DNA of 64,000 bases from the human T2T-CHM13v2.0 reference genome, Homo sapiens: NCBI RefSeq assembly GCF_009914755.1, contig NC_060934.1, one strand, 5' to 3'. The translations under genes were made by a program, and so were the position numbers. Position 1 is the first letter of the stretch, and every line of letters starts with the position of its first letter. The notes under the pieces are model-generated. The model saw only the letters and a list, made by a program, of their open reading frames with translations. It had not been told where the DNA came from and did no database searches. This document shows, piece after piece, positions 42,884-55,435 of the stretch.

Positions 42884-43520
42884 GGTTGGGCTCAGTGGCT
42901 CACGCCTGTAATCCCACCACTTAGTGTTTTGTTTGTTTGTTTGTTTATTTTGAGATGGAGTCTTGCTCTGTCACCCAGGCTGGAGTGCAGTCGCATGATC
43001 TCGGCTCACTGCAGGCTCCGCCTGCCGGTTCAAGCAATTCTCCTGCCTCAGCCTCCTGAGTAGCTGGGACTATAGATGCGCACCGCCACACCCGGCTAAT
43101 TTTTGTATTTTTAGTAGAGATGGGGTTTCACCATGTTGGCCAGGATGGTCTTGATCTCCTGAACTTGTGATCTGCCTGCCTCAGCCTCCCAAAGTGCTGG
43201 GATTACAGGCATAAGCCACAGTACCCGGCTAATCCCAGCACTTTGGAAGGCCGAGGCAGGCAGATCATTTGAGCCTAGGAGTTTGAGATCAGCCCGGGCA
43301 ACATGGCAAAACCCCATCTCTAGAAGAAATACAAAAATTAACCGGGTGTGGTGGTGCACGCCTGTAGTCCTAGCTACTGGGGGGCTGTGGTGGGGGAATC
43401 ACTTGGGCCTGGGAGGCCGAAGCTGCAGCGAGCTGTGATTGCACCACTCTACTCTAGTCTGGGTGGCAGGGTGAGACCTTGTCTCAAAAAAAAAAAAAAT
43501 AAGTAAATTTAAAAAAAAAA
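42884..43520 (+). mobile_element. AluJ split by a nested antisense Alu
   Basis: 5' 39 bp at 42884-42922, remainder resumes at 43230. Confidence 0.88.
42925..43229 (-). mobile_element. AluS (Sc-like) nested in AluJ
   Basis: TSD taatccca(c/g)cactt. Confidence 0.93.
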
Positions 43521-43526
43521 TGAAGT

Positions 43527-43829
43527 GGCCGGGCGTGGTGGCTTATGCCTGTAATCCCAGCACCTTGGGAGGCCTAGATGGGAGGATCACTTGAGCTCAG
43601 GAGTTCAAGACCAGCCTGGCCAACATGGTGAAACCCCATCTCTACTAAAAATACAAAAAATTACCAGGGCATGGTGGCTCGTGCCTGTAGTCTCAGCTAC
43701 TTGGGAGGCTGAGGCAGGAGAACTGCTTGAACCTGGGAGGCAGAGGTTGCAGTGAGACTAGATGGTGCTACTGCACTCCAGCCTGGGTGACAGAGTGAGA
43801 CTCTGTCTCAAAAACAAACAAACAAACAA
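43527..43829 (+). mobile_element. AluS
   Basis: Full Alu with (AAAC)n tail. Confidence 0.95.
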
Positions 43830-45104
43830 AGTACTGATACATGCTACAACATGGATGAACCTTAAAAACATTATGCTAAACGAAAGAAGCAGTTAAACAA
43901 AAGAATGCATCCTGTATGATTCCATTTATAAAAAATGCCCAGAACAGGTGTATCTATAGTGACCAAAAGCAACTAATGGTTTCCCAGGGCTGGGATTGGT
44001 GGGGGAAACGAGGAGTGGCTGCTGCTAATGGGTATAAGGGTTTCTTTTTGGGGTGATGAAAATGTTCTAAAATTGATCATGGTGATGGTTGCACAATTCT
44101 GTGATATATTAAAAATCATTGAATTATACACTTTGAGTGAATTGTACTGCATGTGGATTATAGCTCAATAAAATTGTTATCGAAAAAGAAGGATACGAAC
44201 AAACTGGATCTCAGAATGAAAACAGGCTGTGAAACCGCATCCTAGGCAGAAAAGCTGAAGAAGGCAGGAATACAACAGAAAGGCTTCCGGGGAGAAGCCA
44301 CCTACAGATGTGTGAAGGGCTGTCACATGGAAAGGGAATTCCATTCTCTGTGTGGCCCCGAAGTCGACTCTGCTCCTCTGTCTGGACCGCACATGCCCCA
44401 CCCCCACACACACCCAATAACTCCTATGCACCTTCACAGCTCAGCTTTCCCGTCACCTCCCAGGGAAGCCTCCCCCGCCTCCCTCCACCTTCATCTCTGC
44501 TGTCCACCTTCACAGCACCAAGTTCCTTGCCTTCATCTCACTTCCATCTGTCGTGACATATTTATTTAATTATTGGATGACAGTCTGAGAACCCTGATAA
44601 ATTACCAGCTCCTTCAAGGGAGCCATTGGCTTTCACTCACCAGAACTTATCAATGTGCCTGGCAGACAAGAGGTGCTTAATAAGTATTTCTTGAATGAAC
44701 GAATGAATGAATAATGAATGAAACGTAAAAGCCAGAAACTACAAGCAGATCCTCTAAGAAAGAAGTTTCTGAGAGTCTGAGCCATCTACAGATGCGTGAG
44801 TGTCACCGCCCCTGCCTGCATGGGAACTGATGGACGACACGGGTGTCACAGAAGTACCAAAGGGAAGGGCAAATGGGGTTGCTTTTCTTTCTGTTTTAAG
44901 ATCTCACAAACAGTTCACATACACTGGAAAATTCCTAAAAAGCAGATAAATAATCAAATCAAATCACCCATAATTTCTCTACTGTGTGATACCCCCAGTT
45001 AATGTGTAGCCTTCTGGAGTTGGGCTATGTAGCATTTCCTTATATGGACAGAAAATGCTTGAATGAATGGGGGACTATGTGGCTCTTTGTACATTTCACA
45101 GCCT

Positions 45105-45335
45105 TTAATCATAACTCACACTTCTTGGATGTTTAATCTGTGCCAGGCACCATGTTAAACACTTGACATGCATTTGATTCTCCTAAAACCCAATGAGGCG
45201 GATACTTAGTATTCACATTTCATATTACAGATGGGGAAACTGGGTATTAGAGGAATCACGTCATTTGCTCGAGGTCATAGACTAGTAAGTGGCAAGCCCG
45301 ATTCAGATCCCCGCAATCTGACTCCAGAAGCCAGC
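45105..45335 (-). mobile_element. MIR
   Basis: tgtgccaggcacc...tacagatggggaaactg...aggtcatagactagtaagtggc. Confidence 0.8.
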
Positions 45336-46883
45336 AGGGGTTCCGCAGATGTTGGCTGAATGAATCACTGAATTAATGAATGTGTGCTCAGCCACCCACA
45401 CACACTGGGGAAAAACTGAGCTGCGCTTAACCAGCTAGTTGGCTGTTGTCTTTCAAATGCTCTAGAATATCATTAATACCTTCAGGGGTCACAATATCCT
45501 AAGGTTAAAAAAGGGACATTTTGACAACATAAGGAGCTTTCTTTGGCTCCAAATTCCCCCACCAATGGAGAGGTCTTCCTCAAGGGGGAGCCTCAAGCAC
45601 CTCCTTGGATAAGGCTCCCCAAGGTCTCCCGTGTCCAGGCTTCTGTCACCCACGGAGTTGTCCAGAGAGCTCGCCCTTGCTGCGAGCCACTCCCAGCCAC
45701 TGCCTCCACACCTACTACAGCCGATTGGCACCTGTAGCCACTGTGATGCTGCTGCATCCACTTTGGAGGTGTCGGTGCTACCTCTCCTGCTGGTACAGAC
45801 ACCGCCAGTGCTGGTGCCACCACCACCACGTGAGTGTCACCAACACTGCCAGCGCCAGGCTCACCGCCACTGCCATGTCACTGGAGCCACCAACTCACAA
45901 CACCGCAGGGCCAGCGCAGTGGTGGGGAAGAGTGAAGCTCTGGGTGTTGTTTGCTCAAGTCCCACTCAGTTTGAAGGCAGATGTGGGACAAACTGGGTGA
46001 CAAGACGTCATGAAGTGCTCCGAACTGCCCCTCTTCTCCAAATAAAGCTTCATTCTGGACTATTTGGGGATGTCCAAGGGACAGGACTTAGTCCCTCAGG
46101 TAAACAGATTCCTGGATAGCCCCACTCATGTTCCCAAGACGCCTCTAAATTCTCTGCGGCAGACGGTGGAAGCCAAGTTGCGAGCTGCTGTCCGCCCAAC
46201 CCTTCTCCTGCTGCATATAGATATGACCAATTGTGTTCCTTTGTTCTGCGACTGGGAAGCTTACAGGCATTTGTAAATTTTAAATTCAGTAAGACCTCGT
46301 GGTATGCATTTGTGATCCAATTTTACCCCTGACTTTGCCTTAGTTTCTTTTCAGTTCTGTTTCTCAAATGTATTGTTCTTATTATGTTGTTATACCTCTG
46401 CCTGAAAGTCCCTTTTGAAATAAGACAGGCATTTATAGAATAAAAGGAAGAGCTGAAATAAGAACTTATGGATACATACTTTAAAAAGTTCATTTCCAAA
46501 TGTGGTATGTTTCATTAGCGGTTTTTCTCTGCAGACTTCAAACAAGCAGGAAATCTTCACCAAATGACTTGGCAGTTCCAGGTGAAAAACAGAACTCTCA
46601 AAAAGCTTTACTGCATGTGAATTACAGAATGACTGTTCACCTCCTGGCCTGTGGTAGACAGGCAGGAAGGACATGGCTGCGAGGCATGGCCCTGGCAAAG
46701 CTGGCATTCAGGACCCCAACCCTTCCTACCTCTCCATCTCCTTCAGCCCAGACTCCTTTCTTAAAGGGCACCCAGCTTCCTGCACTGTCCTGGGTAGGCC
46801 ATAACAGATGAAGTCATGTTAAGATTTAAAACTGTAACTCGATGCATGCTTCACAGTTAGTTGCCTTGCAGAACCCCAAAGGG

Positions 46884-47038
46884 AGGACCACCTATGTAAT
46901 TTGCTGGGCCCAGCATGAAACAAAAATACAGGACCCCTCGTTCAAGGTATTAAGAATTTCAAGATGGTGACAGCGGAGCATTAAACCACGTGCAGGGCCT
47001 TGTGTGACTGCACAGGTCACAAGTCCAAGCTGGTCCTG
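46884..47038 (-). mobile_element. MER45A (hAT-Tip100)
   Basis: gtaatttgctgggccc...attaagaatttcaagatggtgacagcggagcattaaacc...gactgcacaggtcac. Confidence 0.8.
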
Positions 47039-47347
47039 CATCAAGGACACACAAAGGCACACTTTAGAAAATTACTTTTATGTACACAACCATGAATTCT
47101 GATTTTTATGGAAGAATGACAAATAGTTGCAAATATTTAAAAAACAACACAAAATTTCAACCACATTCCATTCCATTCTCGCAGAAACACCAGTTGCCTC
47201 AGCTCTGCGATTTGTATCACTTTGGTGCAAAAGTGTGAGAAACAATGTTGTAATTTTTACCGTGTTTCCATCCAAGCCTCCACATGCTGTCAGAATGTTG
47301 CATTTTTAAGAGAGAAGTTTGGAAGGGGTGATCAGATTGCATATGCC

Positions 47348-47702
47348 AGATATATTTTGGCTGTGTCCCCACCCAAATCTCACCTTGAATTGTAATAACC
47401 CCCACGTGTCAAGGGCAGGGCCAGGTGGAGATAATTGAATCATGGGGGCAGTTTCCCCCATACTGTTCCCATGGTAGTGAATAAGTCTCATGAGATCTGA
47501 CAGTTTTATAAATGGGAGTTTCCCTGCACAAGCTCTCTTTCCTGCCGCCACATAAAAAGTCCCTTTGCTCTTCCTTCATCTTCCACCATGATTGTGAGGC
47601 CTCCCCAGCCATGTGGAAATGTGAGTCCATTAAACCTCTTTCCTTTATAAATTACCCAGTCTTTTGTATGTCTTTATTAGCAGCGCGAGAACAGACTAAT
47701 GG
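47348..47702 (+). mobile_element. THE1 (ERVL-MaLR) solo LTR
   Basis: ttggctgtgtccccacccaaatctcaccttgaattg...ccatgattgtgaggcctccccagcc...gaacagactaat. Confidence 0.92.
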
Positions 47703-48791
47703 ATACCACAGCAAAGCAGGAAGGGGTAAGACAGCCATGGGCATAAGCGTTTCTCAAAGGATGGGCAGGATTTGGCAAGACCAAGAGGAAGGGCTCTGGG
47801 AAGGGGAGCCAAGGCGCAGAGAGAGGAACAAGGAGCAGAACCGGTGAGGGGGCAGGAAGAGGGTCACCCAACAGGCCAGGTGGGGCGGGCTCACCAAGAG
47901 CCACTGAGTTACTTCAGAACAATACATAAGAACCCTTTTAAAGTTCTAGAATCTGATTTTAAAACAAAGATTTTGTGTTCATATAGGGTAAAATAAATGT
48001 GACTCACTCAATGTCAAATGGGCACTTGTATATAAATGACACATGAACTTTTTCCCTCTACAAGCAACAGCATAACAGAATCCAAAGGATACACAGGAGG
48101 ACTGACAGCTTGAATTCTCTTAGCAAACCGTCATCCAGCTCTCCCAATCTCGTGGCTGCCTCTGAGCTCTAGCAGAGCCTTTTGGGTTTGTGCTAAGGCC
48201 GTTGTCAGTGTTGGGTCGTTAGTCAGTCTTACCCTAAACATACTGCCCGGCACATTCCGGGAGGGCGTTATGGGCACTGGTGGGCACTCCTGGCAAAGAA
48301 CGAAACTCGTGTTCACCACCATTAACAAGCTCAGCCTCCACAGACTGAATGATTGGGAATCACACAAGAACAAAGTAGGACTTGTCATCTTCCTACCTGA
48401 GACAATACACATGGAAAAACTCAAGAACACTATTCTAGCCAGGCATCCTCCTCCTCTAATGGGCTTTCTGACTTCAATGTACTATGATACACCATGGCAG
48501 AACTTCAAGAGCTTAGAGGTTTGTCTTTAGAAACATGTAGGCCAAGATACATGCTGTCATCTACTTTACAAGGAATACAGATTAACAGAGAATTTAAAGG
48601 CAGGGAAACCATGTAACACACGTATATTCCTCCAGACTGCAACTGATTCTTTCTCCGCCTGCCTCTCTTGCTGTCTTTATACAGAAAATATATGTGAATT
48701 TATGCACATATATACATATTGTTAATTTATATGCATAGATGTGTATATGTGTATGTATATGCTACACATGTATATTAAATATGCATATATG

Positions 48792-49390
<599 letters not shown>

Positions 49391-50440
49391 TGTATAATAG
49401 TGGCCTCTTCATAGGGTGGCAGGGCTTAAATGATATAACAAGTGAAAGCACTTACACTTACTGGAACCAAAAGGCACTCAATGAAAGGAAACCATCATTG
49501 TTACCACTATTGTTGTCATTGACAAGAACATCAAGTTCGACAGTGGGGGACACAAAAGAGAAAAAGGTCAATCTAACTTGGGAGGTGTCAGGAGAAGCTT
49601 TGTGGAGGTGATGACATGGGGTTGAATCTTTCCTAATAGCATGTGTTTGGCAGGGGAACAAAAGGAAGAAAAGGCATTTATTCCAAGGATAAGAAAGGTT
49701 TGTTCAAAGGCCCTGTGGCATGGAGCACCCTACCGTGTCCGGAGGACGGTCAGCAGATCAGCACAACCAGAGTGAGGGTTCAAGGTCAAAGAGAAGCCAG
49801 AGCCAGATCTCGAAGGGCCACCAAAAAGCCCTTAACAATGGAATAACAAAATCAAATTGTCCTTTGAGAAGGGTTAGGTAATATTCAACTGAACATAATT
49901 TCACCTTTCCGGGGTCCCCATCGCGATGATCAGCGATCATGAATACTACTGGAGTCTATCAATGCCACAAAACAGAAAACCTGTAATTCACATGTTCTTT
50001 CCTCTGTTCACAAGTCTTCAAAAGGTTTTTGTTTTAGTGACTAATTGGCTTATTTTTCCACAATGATTTAGTTGCTGAGGAAGGTTTTCTTTACCACTAA
50101 TCTCCTCCAGAATGATTTTAAAATACTCATCTTCCTAACCACGAGGAAAATCTTAAGTGGTCACTTTTTAGCACTCAAAAGGGCTGCATGACAACTGTTC
50201 ACCCTCAAAGTGTGCAAACCGCAATCGCAGCTGTGCAGGTCAGGACTCCGAGTCGGAGGTGAGTGTGCGAGGCATAGACAAGATAGGCGTCAGAACCAGA
50301 AATAGAAGAGATATGAGAGCTCAGAATAAAAGCAGTGTGAGTAAACAACAGTGTACAGGAGCAGCAAGAAAGACAAAGAAGGTCACCAAAGAGGAAAAAG
50401 AATGTGTGATACGGTCTCAAGGGGACGGAAAACAGGATAG

Positions 50441-50764
<324 letters not shown>

Positions 50765-53700
50765 GCAAAGGGTCTTTTCAGGGAAGTCAGTGGCAGAAGA
50801 GGTCTGAGAAAGTTTGGGACAGTCAACTAAACTGTTTTGAATACCTCTAGATCAATTTGCTCAGTCATCATTCAGGAGGTCAGCCTATTGGTCAATTCTA
50901 TTAATTCTCCTTTTTCAAATATGTCCTGTGCACCTTCCATGCCAGGTGCTGAAGATTCAGAGCTGAATTAGCGTCCAGTCTCTGTCTTCACTCAGTAGCT
51001 CACCTGCTATCAGGCCGAAAAAATAACTTGGCACGCAGAACAGCGCATGGTCTCCAACCTTCAAGAATTCATGACAGCAGGGAGAGAATTCACTGCTATT
51101 GAGCACCTGATATATGCCAGGTATTGTCCTATGTGTGCTTATTTATGCCGTCTTACTCAATCTAACCTTCCTTTGATAAAATCAACAGACATCAGCAATC
51201 TCTTTTGCTGGCCCCCATTTTCACTGTTCCATATTAGAGAAAACAGAGGCAGCGGGTAGGAAAGAGGTCATGAGACAAGGAAAGGAAGCTGAAAAACCGA
51301 AGTTTCAGATGCCCTTTGTTTTAGACACCCCTCATTTCCAGAACTGTCACCTAAGGATTGGGTCTGAGATTTTCATAAAACAAACATTGCTTTTTCCAGT
51401 TCACTTTTTCCCTTTAGTTTAACACAACACTGGCCGCAAATGCCCATGGATTAATTCTGTCATTCCTTGGCTAACAGGCCCATAACATGTTCCGTCTGTT
51501 CACGTGCATTTGTGTGTGCTCAAGTGCTGGTGCGTCCAATTCAGACACAACTAGGGAGTACCGTCATCCCTGCAGGAACTGCCAGTTCGTCAAATCCAAA
51601 TCCTGGACACAGATGTCCTGTCATTGCCATAGGACTGCTTCTTTGTGTGGTAGCTGCTGCAGCCTGGGGGAGCTGAGAATTAATGGTATTTTGCTTAAGT
51701 CGTTAAAAACAAAACAAAACAAAAAAACAAGATAATCATGCCAACCCATAATGTGGAACTACAACTTAGCAAGCATTTTATGGTCAACTGAGAAGTTCAA
51801 AGAACATGATAGAAAGAGTTAAAGCAAGCATGAAAAAGAGCAAAATCTCAACCAATCACTCTTTGTTGCTCAGACAATAATTTTTCTCCCGAAAAACCAA
51901 TTCAGATCAATAAATTTATTTATTGAGCACCTACGATGTGACAGGCACTGTCTATCCCACTGAGTATTACAGAATTTGTTTTCACTATGGTCTTTTATTC
52001 TTTCCAATATTTAAAGCATTGATCGGGATGCTTTCATGGTTTTCTCCTTAAGCAATTTTATTATTACGTCTTCAGAAGTTTAACACTTTCAGGGCTACAC
52101 AGAGTTTTCTGGGTTTTTGTTTTGTTTTATTTCCTTCTTACTGTTGTTTTTCACCTAAAGCATTCCCTTTCTTTTCCTACTCTCTGCTTTTTACGGAGAA
52201 AAAAATCTAGCATCTGGGGTCTGAGACCACTTGAAATGTCTGGGCTGGGGATTGCTAATGGCCTCCCAGAGATAACCCAAATTGCTGATTTAGCGAAGCC
52301 CATTCTTGACCTTGACACAAGACAAGACAGGCAAAGGGGAAGGACTTGGGAGGCAGCAGTAAAAGAAAAAGGATCATAGAAGCGCTCAGATCTCGCCAGG
52401 CCCCTCCCCCATTCAGCAAACACCTGGCTGAGTTGGAAAACATGACCAGCCCAACCTTCCTATTGGCTGCAATTGAAGCTGTCAGTTCTCGGCTTGTCAC
52501 CGGTTGCACTGGGAGGCCCCAGGCAGCCACAAGAGCCCTAATTAGGCAGAAATGACACTTCTACAACTGACCTGCCAGGACCTTTGGCAAACCATTTAAC
52601 ATCATTAGTTAACATGTTTTAAAAGTGTGAATGTAAATGAACAGCCAGTGGCTTTCAATGGAGTTTGTCGGTGGCATCTCCCCCTCCCTTTCTCAGTCTT
52701 TCTCTTTTTACATGAATAGTCCACTTGTTTTCTCCAGAATTGGAGGGAGGCACCAAAGAAGAAGGAGGAAGAGGACCAGTCCTCTGAGAGGAGAGACATG
52801 TTAAGGCAAAAATAAGTCCAGAAGAGCGAGAGGCCATCTCTTCCTGCCTTTGTATGGGCCCTCACAGAGCCAATCTCCCAGGGCCACCAGAGCAGGGCAG
52901 TAAGACAGCACGAGGCCGGTAGGCTACCCGGATGCTAGGTCCACAATCTGTGCGTGTGAGTGTGGCCAGCGATGATTCTAGGCTTTGGATAGGTGGGAAA
53001 CGAATTTGTTTCCTGACTCAAGGGTGCCTCTGAAATTCTCTCAAACCTCTTCCCCCTTGCTGGTGTTCTGAACAAGCAGGTTTTGCAGCAGTGGCTTGGC
53101 AAACATCTTACACGTGCAGAAGTTTAAACGTCCCAGTTTTAAACATACCTAGTCCCTCTCGACAGGAATGAGGTTCTGGGGCAGTTATTTCAGATGCCAG
53201 TTTGATACTTACACACATTAGTTAATTTCCTACCTGAAGCGGCTATTTCCCACCTTGAATCACACTTCATTTTGTTCTTTGCTTTACACCCACAGAATCC
53301 GTACACGCCAACACTCTCCATCTGTAGGAGGGGGGAAAAGAGTTGCACTGTGAAAATGTCGATTTGTTTCCATGTTGCTCTTAAGTCGCGTACTCGTGCT
53401 GGTTGACGGTTTGTAAGAGGCAGCACCCGGCAGGAGGGAAGCAAAGATTTAGGTGGGCGCAGAGGAGCTGGGTCCCTGGCAGGCCTGTACACTTACCACC
53501 TACTTGTTGTGTGGCCTTGGGCAAGGTGCTTAGCCCTGAGTCTCAGATGTTTTCATCTGCAAGACAGAGATAATGCCTTACTACATCAAGAAAGAAAAAA
53601 TAGATGGAAAATTACAAAAACCAGGAAGCGTTGTGTGCACGTAAGGAGTCGTGGAGAAACAAGAGCTGCCAAAACTGAGGAACGAGGCCCGGTTCTTTCT

Positions 53701-55066
53701 CCATTTACCTTGGAGAGATGACGCCGAGACTCTGTCCTCTGGTTCCCCAAGGCACATTTGACAGAGCCAATGTACCACCAGCCCATCCCAGGGTACTCCT
53801 CGTCCTCTGCCTCCACTCCTGCTTATTCTTAAAAGGGCTGTAGATATTACAAAGACAAGCGACTGGGTGTAAAACAAATTCCTAGAACCCACAGTTACAT
53901 TAGCTATTCATTCCCTCTGCTGGCTCCTAAACAGTACAAGGGGAAAAGCATATCTTGTTCACCTGTGGATTTCTAGAAGCCCCACGAACACTGGTGGGTA
54001 CACAGTAGATGCACAATACATGTTTACTAGTTGGAATGCAAGAATTCAGCTTCCACACTTGTGCCGAAAGCAGTCAGGAGTGTGTGCTTTATAAAGGTAG
54101 CACAGATCCTAAATTTGGAGAGCTTTACTCATCCCTGAATTAAAGATGAGTAAAATCAAGCCGGCGGTGTGTGGTGGTGAATGCCTGTGAGTAGTCACGA
54201 GAGAGGAGCGAAAGAAAACAATCTTAGTTTGGGGCAGAAAGAGAGTGAAAATGCTGGAAAATGTCCTTAATAACAGTAAATGGGGAAAGAGAAAACGGCT
54301 CATCATGATGGGGCATTTAGTGCTTTTAAGCTAAATACCTCAGCATATTAAGCAAATAGAGAAAAGCCAGCTAGAAGATGTCAGCAAATTGAACCGAACA
54401 GTGCTCAGAAAGCCCATAGGAGGTGTCTGTTTTTGACCCCTTTTCCCATCACATGCCTGGGCCCAGGCTGGTTGTTTAGTGTTGCCTCTCCTCTCCAGCT
54501 GCGGAGCTTATTGAAAAGCTCTTGCTCCCTGCCTGGCTTTGGCACATTTTCTGCAGGTGCCTCCTACTGTGGCCACAATGGGCTGCTAGGGAGGTTTAGA
54601 CCTGTCAACAGCTACAGGGGAGGGGGTGGCAGTGGTGGAGGGAGCATAGTCATTGTCTTAAAGGGCCAGTGACATTGTGTGCCGCCATGGAGCCTGCAGC
54701 ACTGGCACCTGCTAATGAGATGAACCCTTTCTCCCACTCTCTTTCTCTCTTTAATGATTTAACTAGATCGCTTTGGTTCCTTTCTGGAAGGGGAATTGCT
54801 CCATTGATCATATAAAGTAATTGCCTGTAAAACATTGCTCTGCAACAACTACTACTTCCCTGGCTGAAAATGTCACAGCAATTGAAAAGCTCTTAGCCCC
54901 GTTCAAGAATGAGGTTGCAGAAGAGAACAGTCTTTGCATACATCCCCAAGTATTTGTGTGTTCCTGGAGTTACAAATTTTTGGTGTGACTGGTGGATTTT
55001 TAAGACACAGAATTTCTTCCCTGCTATATGGTATGATTTTAGTGTAGAATTGTGGTAAACGAACCG

Positions 55067-55067
<1 letters not shown>

Positions 55068-55104
<37 letters not shown>
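55068..55104. repeat. (CA)n microsatellite
   Basis: Direct observation. Confidence 0.95.
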
Positions 55105-55108
<4 letters not shown>

Positions 55109-55374
55109 CCTTCAACCCTAAAATTACATCTATTCGTTCAGAGAAAGAAATTCTTTTCTTCATCACCCATGCCATTCTTCTCTGAGAGGCCATGAATTTG
55201 GAGGGACACCCATATAGGGTCCAGTGTGATTTGGGGAAGGGTCTTCGTTTCTCCTTACAGAAGTATACACTATCTTTATCTAGGAGGTAGCAGGGGCCTT
55301 GGTTTGGGAAGGAGGAATTGATGCCTTAATTGTTTAGGATTTGCTGATTTTTCAGACCTGTCACTTGGCGGCGG

Positions 55375-55435
55375 CAGTGACACACTGTGGGAACGGGGAC
55401 CACACACTTAAGGAGTTTTCATAAATAGCTTTATT
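55375..55435 (-). terminator. Candidate polyadenylation site
   Basis: Minus-strand AATAAA (55430-55435) followed ~25-55 nt later by GU-rich gtgtgtggtc...agtgtgtc. Confidence 0.6.

Larger units (their letters stand above)
41462..44178 (+). mobile_element. L1MB-type 3' ~1.8 kb, interrupted by an Alu cluster
   Basis: ORF2 C-terminal remnants (KKKNKVGGLTLSNFKTQYKTTVIKIVWY) and 3' UTR ending ctcaataaaattgtt. Confidence 0.9.

Noticed and set aside
45543-46119. Overlapping 64-162 aa ORFs
   Set aside because: Low-complexity CCA/CTG-rich DNA lacking stops; no recognisable domain.
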